Shown here one piece after another: positions 55,833-64,000 of a DNA stretch of 64,000 nt. Location of the stretch: the NCBI RefSeq assembly GCF_009914755.1, contig NC_060933.1; one strand, given 5' to 3'. A program made the position numbers and the translations under genes. Every line of letters begins with the position of its first letter. The first letter of the stretch is position 1. The stretch is from the human T2T-CHM13v2.0 reference genome, Homo sapiens. Below the pieces are notes generated by a model, which was not told the origin of the DNA, did no database searches, and saw only the letters and a list, made by a program, of their open reading frames with translations.

Positions 55833-57154
55833 CCTGAAATTTTTTGTACAATAAGTTGTTTTAAGAAAGGCACAATAGTCTGAACATGTTGAGAAGACTG
55901 AATGGGGAGGGGGAGGATTTAGAGAGGGGCATGTGGAAAAATTGGGGGTAAAAATGTTCATTTCTTGATTATGATGAGAGTTTAAAGGGTTTACACATAT
56001 GTCAAAACTTAGCAAATTATATACTTTAAATATGTATAGTTTAATGTACTTCATTTATATGTTAATAAGCTGTGAAATGTCAAAATAATAAAATGGCTAT
56101 AATACATATTTTTCTACCAAATAGTTTCTTTATTCAATAAACATTTGATCTGTGTCAATACTATATCCCTGTGCTCATGGAAGTCCGACCAGTGTGGGGA
56201 TGCTGCTATGGTGGTGATATGATACTGTGGCATAATGTGTGCAAAACTGTAGGAGGAGAGAGAGAGTGATCACTTTTTAACACAGTAATAACAGATAAGT
56301 AGAACCCTACAAGTTACAGATGATACAAAGAAACTCTAAGCAAAGGAAAAGCATGCAAAGTCATTGAGACAAAAGAAGAAAGATGTCCTTCTTCGGAAAG
56401 CTGTGCACCTCAATAGACTTGCTGGTAGAAAATGAAATTCAAACTGTAGGGCCTTGAATTTCACGCAAAAGAATTTGGTCTTTATGTGTTAGACAATGGT
56501 GAATAATATGTAAAAGCAGGATTATATCTATATTTTAGAAAGATAACTGAGACAGGAAGATGAGAGGGGGCGCTTTACATATTTCTTCAAAAGAGAGATG
56601 ATGAAGACTTTAAAGCAACAGCAAGGAAAAGAGCCCTAATAAACATGGAGGTAGAGATGACAAGGTGTGTGGGAGGCTCAGATAATATAATAAACATGAC
56701 TATATTTCAAAGGTCTCAATAACTATTTCATATTGGGTATTACTGAACTAATACGTCATTTCAGTAATATAAAATCATATATGGCTTTCTGTAATATGTT
56801 TTGGATTAAGGTTTTAGATTTTGTGTCCAAATTTATGTTGGAATTATAGTTCAAAGTATATATGCATTGATGTTTTTATGGCTCTTGTTACCAAATAAAT
56901 CTCAATTAATAAGTGTATGTTTTCCTACAAATAAAAATAATTTTATTTTTGACAAACTGATAAATAAAAAAATTTTGGGGGGTTTGCCATTTGTTTATTT
57001 GGCGTCAATTATAGTGATTTTTCCATATAGTTTTTAAAAATTCAGATTGCTTCTTTCTATTGAGGGCCACAAATCTTGCCTTTTATTCTGAAAAAAATTC
57101 AAAGATATATTGGCACTATGAATTATGACATAGAATATGATACAAGTAGGAAGT

Positions 57155-57553
57155 TGTATTAGTCCATTCTCACACTGATCTAAAGAAATACCTGAGACTG
57201 GGTAATTTATAAAGAAAAGAGATTTAATTGGCTCATGTTTCTACAGGCTGTACAAACAGGAAGCATAGCAGCCTCTGCTTCTGGGGAGGCCTCAGGAAAC
57301 TTACAACTACGGCAGAAGGTGAACAGGGAGCCAGCACTTCACATAGCCAAGCAGGAGGATGAGCAAGAGGGAGGAGATGCTACACACTTTTAAACAACCA
57401 GGTCTCACAAGAACTCATTCACTATCGTGATGACAGTACCAAAGGGGAAATCCACCTCCAAAATCCAATCACCTCCCACCATGCGCCACCACTAACTTTG
57501 GGGATAACAATTTGACATGCGATTTGGGCAGAGACACAGATCCAAAAAAATCA
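57155..57553 (-). mobile_element. Solo MSTA/B MaLR LTR
   Basis: tgtattagtccattctcacactg...ggcagagacacagatccaaa..atca; 5-bp TSD gaagt. Confidence 0.93.
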
Positions 57554-58529
57554 GAAGTATTAAGATTAAAAGGGAGCTTTGCTGAGAGGCCAACAATACC
57601 TTAATGGGCATCATAATATAAAGGAAGAATGTAATAAAATAAAGATGCTCTAACAACTTTTAAATATATTCTCAAGCCTAATTTGCAAAATCAATATTGT
57701 AGAAAATTAATCAGTGGTTTGAAGAACAGCTTTAAGAAGCTCATTTATTCAAAAATGTGTAAAAACTATTTTAAAACTGCTGTCTTGCACTGTTCATGAT
57801 TTTGCCAAAAAAAATGATGAAAATATTATGGCCCCTGATCATACAGCATGTAGTTATAATGGAGAGTAACCAGATAAGAGACAATGAATTTTGGTGAGTA
57901 TTTAGATGAATAAAATACATATACTATGAGAATATAGACAATGGGTCTTTAACTCAAACTTGATAAGTCATTAAATCATATTTTCTGAGGCTAAAATTGT
58001 GAACACACAAGATCAGGTGTATTGAGGGCCAAGGTTTGGACAGAATGAAGTGATTTATGTAGACAGAGGGAATACATGTACAGAAATCCTTGAAGATCAA
58101 ATAATTTTACTTTCGGGAATATGAAAATAGTTCAGTCTGAATGGAAGTATACCCTGTACTTGGATAAGAAAATGTTAAAGATTAAAAGGAGTAAGCAATG
58201 GCTGCATCATCTATGAACTTCAGAAACATTCCAAGTTGTTCATACTTTATTCTGAGGACAATGGGAAGAAGTGCAAATTAGTGATATAATAAATGGATTT
58301 GCATGAGAATTACCTTATATGTCACATAAAAACCCTTTAGAATGTTTCTTTTTGAGCTTTTCTCATATCATTAAATAACCTCTAATAATAACCAGTTTTA
58401 TCCAGTTTTCCCTATATTTATTGTCCATACCACTATTCACCTGTTGGACAATTCCAATAGATTCATTCCTAATATTGGCCCATCACATATTCTGTGTTTT
58501 TGGTGTACAACATTCTAGTCTAGCCCAAC

Positions 58530-58995
58530 ATTTATGAGCTTAGAGGGACACTATGTTCACTGAAATAAGTCAAGTACAGAAAAACAAATACTTTATGTTC
58601 TCCCTCATACTGGCAGCTAAAAAAGTTGATCCCATAGAAGTAGAGGAGTAGAATAGTAGTACCAATGACTGGAAAGGGTAGACAATATGAGGGGATAGAG
58701 AAAGTTTGGTTAATGGGTACAATATTACAGTTAGGAGCAATAAATATAGTGCCCTATAACACTAGGATTAACAAAAATTTGTTTTATATTTTAAAACAAC
58801 TAAATGAGAGATTTTGAATTTTCTCAACACAAAGACATGATAAATGTTTGAAGTAATGGATATGCCAATTGCCATCTTGGCATTTGATCATTACACGTTT
58901 GGGCATTTGATCATTACACACTGTTGCATGTGTCAAAATACCACACATACCTCATAAATATGTAAAATTATTATGTGTCCATTAAAAATAAAGAT
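58530..58995 (+). mobile_element. L1MA 3' UTR, with an internal duplication of ggcatttgatcattacac
   Basis: tgaaataagtcaagtacagaaaaacaaatac...ctcaacacaaag..atgataaatgtttga motifs. Confidence 0.85.
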
Positions 58996-61489
58996 AAATT
59001 TACTATTAAATAATAATAATCACATAACACAATGATTTCATTATATAATTAATGATAATAATTAAAAGCTCTGATACAAGTGGTTATATAAAAATTTAAT
59101 TTAAAAATTACATTAAAAACACTACGCAAATTAAAGGCAAATCATAAACAAGAAATAGTGTTTGCAATATCAATATCAAGGAGTCAAAGTGTTATATACA
59201 GATGCTTTTTATAATAATCATATATATATTTATGATATATATACATTACATATTGCCTGAATAATAATCTGGATTTTTGGACTACCTTGTCATTAAAGTT
59301 TCTATGTTCTTTTCTCTAGTTTCCTAATTGTCTTCACTGAACATGTTACTTCCAATATATAATATAATACATGTTATTAAAGTTAAAAATAATATATTAG
59401 GTGCTTTCTAAAAACAATATTTCCAACAATTATGGACAGAGAGATGGATTGGATGAATATGGAATGTAAAACAGCAAGACTTGCATTTATTTGCCTAATG
59501 TTACTATATTAAGTATATCCGTAGGCTTCAATAGCCTGGGGTACAGTTTAGCTACAAGATAATAATAAACCCCTTAATACCTGGGAATGCCTAGGAAGCA
59601 CGACTTTCCTCAAAGGCTGACACTCCTCTTAGTTTTGAGGTCACCATGTGGTGTTTTATATGCACCTGCCATAGATAGTTGAGCAGTGTCAGAGTAGCTG
59701 GCCAAGGATGTCTCATTCACTTCCATGTTAAATGCCTGCCTGGATATGATGCCTTCAAGAGCAAATGCTCCATTCTTAAAACCAATGGCTGTTCTTGCAC
59801 TTTGATAATAACTTTATACTATAATATAAACTATAATATAAATACATAACTTAATATGTACATGTAAACTAACACTACAACACTGAACATTGAAATAATC
59901 ACCACATAAGTCAAAAATAGTGTATCTCTTTTACCTCAGAAATGCATCTTATGCTACCTGACAACTTAGCTCTCAAAGATTTTCTAAAAGTTTTTCTTTT
60001 TTCCTAAAAGTTTTATAGTTTTACATGTAAGTCTATGATCAATTTTCAGTTAAGTTCTGAAGTTTAGATTGAAGTTCATTTCTTTTTTTTTTTTTTTTTT
60101 TTTTTTTTGCCTATGGATTTCTAATTGCTCCATTTGTTAAAAACGGCTTCCCTCCCTCCACTGAATTGCTTAATAAGTAACAAGTATATTGAGCTTCCTA
60201 AAAGCACTTCTGTAATTCTAGTTGGGACCAAGCAAAAGGCCACACCAGTAGATTTCAGCAATAACTTTTGATTGTGTTAGAGGAAAGTGAAATTCAAGCT
60301 GTGCAGAGTTCAGGAGAGGAAGAAGAGAAATAAATGTTGCTCATAATAATAGATTGGAGAAGACAGGAAACAATTTCTTGCTTTTGGGAAAGGGGAGTAT
60401 GTAAGATCCTGAAAACTTGTCCCATGTCTGTTGCTCTTTATTATTCCTATTTTCCATTAGTAATTAGCAGTAAAATCTGACACTGAAAAGAGCCAATGTT
60501 CAATAGCCTAATGGAAGAAGGAAGTTAGTTCCATAGAAAAGATAAATACATTTAAACTTCTGTAAATTGCAATTTAGGAAATAAGAAATGCCAGTCTGAG
60601 TTCCAGAATGTGACCTGGGAGACTACTTAAACCCTAAGAGGTCTATGGAGGGTTTGTAACCATTTATAGTTTACTAATCTAGGTATTGTTGTTTACATAA
60701 TAGCATCATTGCAAATGTATCATTGATATTGTAAATGTTAAAGATTATTTTAAAAATTGCCAATTTTTGTTGCAATGTACTACAAATAGAAAAACAGCTA
60801 GTGAAAAAACAATTATATAACAGATGTATGTATCTTCAATCTCACAAGAAGAAAAATATCACAGTGAAAGTTCATTTAAAAGATTAGAAAACTTCAGAAT
60901 ATTAATATAAATATAAAATTTAAAATGCATAAATGCATCTACATATTTAAAATGCTAAATGGAATAATTTGATCTAATACTCCCATTTGTATGCATAAGG
61001 TTTCCCAAAGTATTTCAAGTTAAAAAAAAAGGAGATAATTTAAAATATAAAAATATGTTTGAATGGAATCTATGACTTTTAGTTATGCGATTTTTTTATT
61101 AGACTGTGAAACACTCAGTTAATATAAATTAAAGATTGCCAGAAATATCTGCATGTAAAAGAGGAATCATACATTTGTAATGGAAGTAGCACAAGTGCAA
61201 TAAATGTACTTATAGAGTCAATACTTGGAGTTTTTTAATAAAAGGTAGAACTTACCATATGTGAAATATATTCAAGATAGAAGTGTTAAATTATGAAGTA
61301 TTATTTATTAATTTCTGAACATTAACAAATAAAAACGATGGCAAAGTACTCCTTTCAAATGTCTGTTTTTCTGTAAAGAGACATACAATTATACATCAAG
61401 CTATTAATTATATAAGGAACTCTAAAAATGTACTACTATAATACCTGTTGATAACACAAATGTTTTCCAATATTTTAAACATTATTTGT

Positions 61490-64000
61490 AGGACTTTGGT
61501 TCTGATCAAGATGGAATAGCCCAATTCTTTCCATATTCTCCCTCTTACAACTAAAAAGCCCTGACAAACAACACAAACAAGAAGAATAAGACTTTCACCA
61601 GTAGAAAGAAAAAACCAGACTGCCTAGGAACTTCAGGACTTGATCAATGACATGTGTATTAGTCTGTTCCTACATTGCTATAAAGAAGTACCTGAGACTG
61701 GGTAATTTATAAAAAGATGTTTAACTGGCTTATGGTTCTGCAGGATGTACAGGAAGCATGCTGCTGGCATCTGCTCGGCTTCTGGGGAGGCCTCAAGAAA
61801 CTTACAAACAGAGTGGAAGGCAAATGTGGTGCAGGCACATCAAATGATCAGAGTAGGAACAAGAGAGTGAGGCGGAAGGTGCTATATACATTTAAACCAC
61901 CAGATCTCACAAGAACTCACTATTGGGAGGACAGTACCAAGAAGGATGGTGCTAAATCATTCACGAGAAATCTGCCCCCGTTATCTAATCACAACCTACC
62001 AGGCCCTACCTCCAACAGTGGAGATTATATTTCAAAATGAGATTTGGGCAGGGACATACATCCAAACTATATCAACATGGCAGTGAGTTCCCTGGGTTTT
62101 CGTATTTCTTCCCATATATACCAGATAGGGCCTCCCATGTATACCACAGGAGACTCCAAAACCACCACTAACAGGCACAGATTAAAAAAAAAAAACTCTA
62201 AGAAAAGCCTATTCTTCCTAATCAATGCACCAGACAAAGGGTGGCCTAACAAAACAGAAAACATTCGGGCAATACGTATTCTATTCTACCCCAACACAAA
62301 TGAATAAATCGCTCCCATTCTATGGCTTCACCCGGGAAAGTGGGACACGGATATTCTACTGCCACAAACCCCACTCCATGAAAACAGGAAGTGGCACTCT
62401 CATTTCCCCCACTTGGGTGGTGTTGACAGAGCATGCAGGAAGCTGATCTGTCCCCAGCACAGCAGAAGCAAACAGTGTTCTGATTCTTCCATGTTGGTAA
62501 AGCTGAGCCTCTATCCTCACTTAGCAGAAAGGACTTAATGAGACAGTGTGAGGTGCAGCTAATGAATAATTAACTTCCCTTCACTTCCCCTTCTCCAGCT
62601 GTTAGTGGGACCTAGCAGAGAGCCCCACTCAAATAGTCCCAGCTGAGTTTTTAAAGTGACCAAAGCAATCTAATGGAGAGCCATTTTAACAAACAGAGCA
62701 ACTGGAAATCCATGGACCAAAAATCTTGATCTAAATCTCAGATGTCAACCCGAAATTTACCATAAACTTAAATGTAAATCTCTAAACATTTTAGAAAATA
62801 AATAGAAAATACATTTAAGATCCAAGGTCAAATAAAGCTCTTAAACTTGACACCAAATGGGATGTGCATAAAAGAAATGATAAATTTGACCTCATCAAGA
62901 TACAAAAATTTGTTCTCTTAAAAAGACCAGTGAAGGAGATGAAAAGCCAAGCTACAGACAGAAAGAAAAATTTGCAAACTATATATTTGACAAAGGACTA
63001 GTATCATAATATAAAGAACTCTAAAAACTCAATAAGAAAACCAGAGAATCCAATTAGAAAATGAGTGAATGATATGTGCAGACATTTCATTGAAAACGAC
63101 ATTTAGATGAAAATAAGCACATGAAAAGATATTCAACACCATTAACTAATGGGGAAAGGCAAATTTAAACCACAGTGAGATATCATCACACACTTACCTG
63201 GCTAAAAATAGTGAAAACACTAAATGCTGGAAAGGATGTTGAGAAGATAGACTACTCATACATTGCCCATGGGAATAAAAGTGGTACATGCACCCTGGAT
63301 GACAGTTTGGCCATTTCTCAATATAAAATGATTCAATAAAAAGTAATAAATAAAATAAAATTATTTTAAAAATACTATATCTGGGTAAAATAAGTAGAGA
63401 AGAACTTTCTATTAGTTATCTGAGCATTAAAAATATATGAACAGAATATGCATATTTATATATTTTAATCAGTTTCTTGTCGATATATTTTCTAATAGAC
63501 AACTTTTTATTTCAATATAGAAATTTTTCTTAGAATCACCTGTAAAATTTTCTAAAAGTTGCCTATTTTATTAATTAAAGTTGTTTACTAAAAATAAAAA
63601 AAACTTATTACATGGCTACTGTAATTGGCTTATAGACATGTAGATCAATAGGACAAAACAGAGTTCAGAAACAAACTTCACATAAATAGAAAATTGACTT
63701 TTGTCAAATGCTCCAAGATATTCTGATAGGTAATAGAAAATCATTTTCAACAAATTCTGCTTGAACTACTGTATATCCACATGGGGAAAACAAATTACAT
63801 TTACAAGCCTGTTATACCATAAACAAATATCTGGGATAGATCAAAGACATACACATAAAATCTAAATGTGCATGTCCTTTTGAGATGACATAGAAAAATA
63901 TCTTCTTAATCTTATAGAAAAAAATTTCATTGAGAGTGAGAAGATACCAAACATAGAATAATAAATAGAAAATTATCTTCACCAAAATTAAATGCTTTGC
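61490..64000 (+). mobile_element. Old L1MC/MD/ME fragments (5' region and ORF2 3' parts)
   Basis: caagatgga start; aaaagccaagctacagac...tttgcaaactatatatttgacaaaggacta; ataagcacatgaaaagatattcaac. Confidence 0.7.
61655..62074 (-). mobile_element. Solo MSTB/A MaLR LTR
   Basis: tgtattagtctgttc...ggcagggacatacatccaaactatatca; 5-bp TSD acatg. Confidence 0.93.

Overview
This is a gene-poor, AT-rich, repeat-dense stretch of catarrhine primate DNA, most likely human (AluY, HERV-W/LTR17, LTR12, THE1 and Hsmar1 are all present). I find no credible cellular protein-coding exon, RNA gene or prokaryotic feature; the supplied ORFs are repeat-derived or chance. The window is a stack of nested transposable elements: a full-length Hsmar1 mariner (10674-11952), a HERV-W processed pseudogene (about 13130-13970), a minus-strand L1MA (about 17710-27320) interrupted by a HERV-L/MLT2A provirus, a complete THE1 element, a near full-length Tigger1, an old L1PA, an MLT1A-type element containing an LTR12, several solo LTRs and about ten Alus. 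The most unusual feature is a 1.24 kb insert (18609-19847) inside the L1MA. It has a 16-bp target-site duplication, carries MIR-like sequence older than its host, and joins exactly at an L1 5'UTR splice donor, which points to a retrocopy of a spliced non-coding RNA. Family and subfamily calls come from recalled consensus sequences, not from a RepeatMasker run, so subfamily labels and the edges of old elements are approximate.
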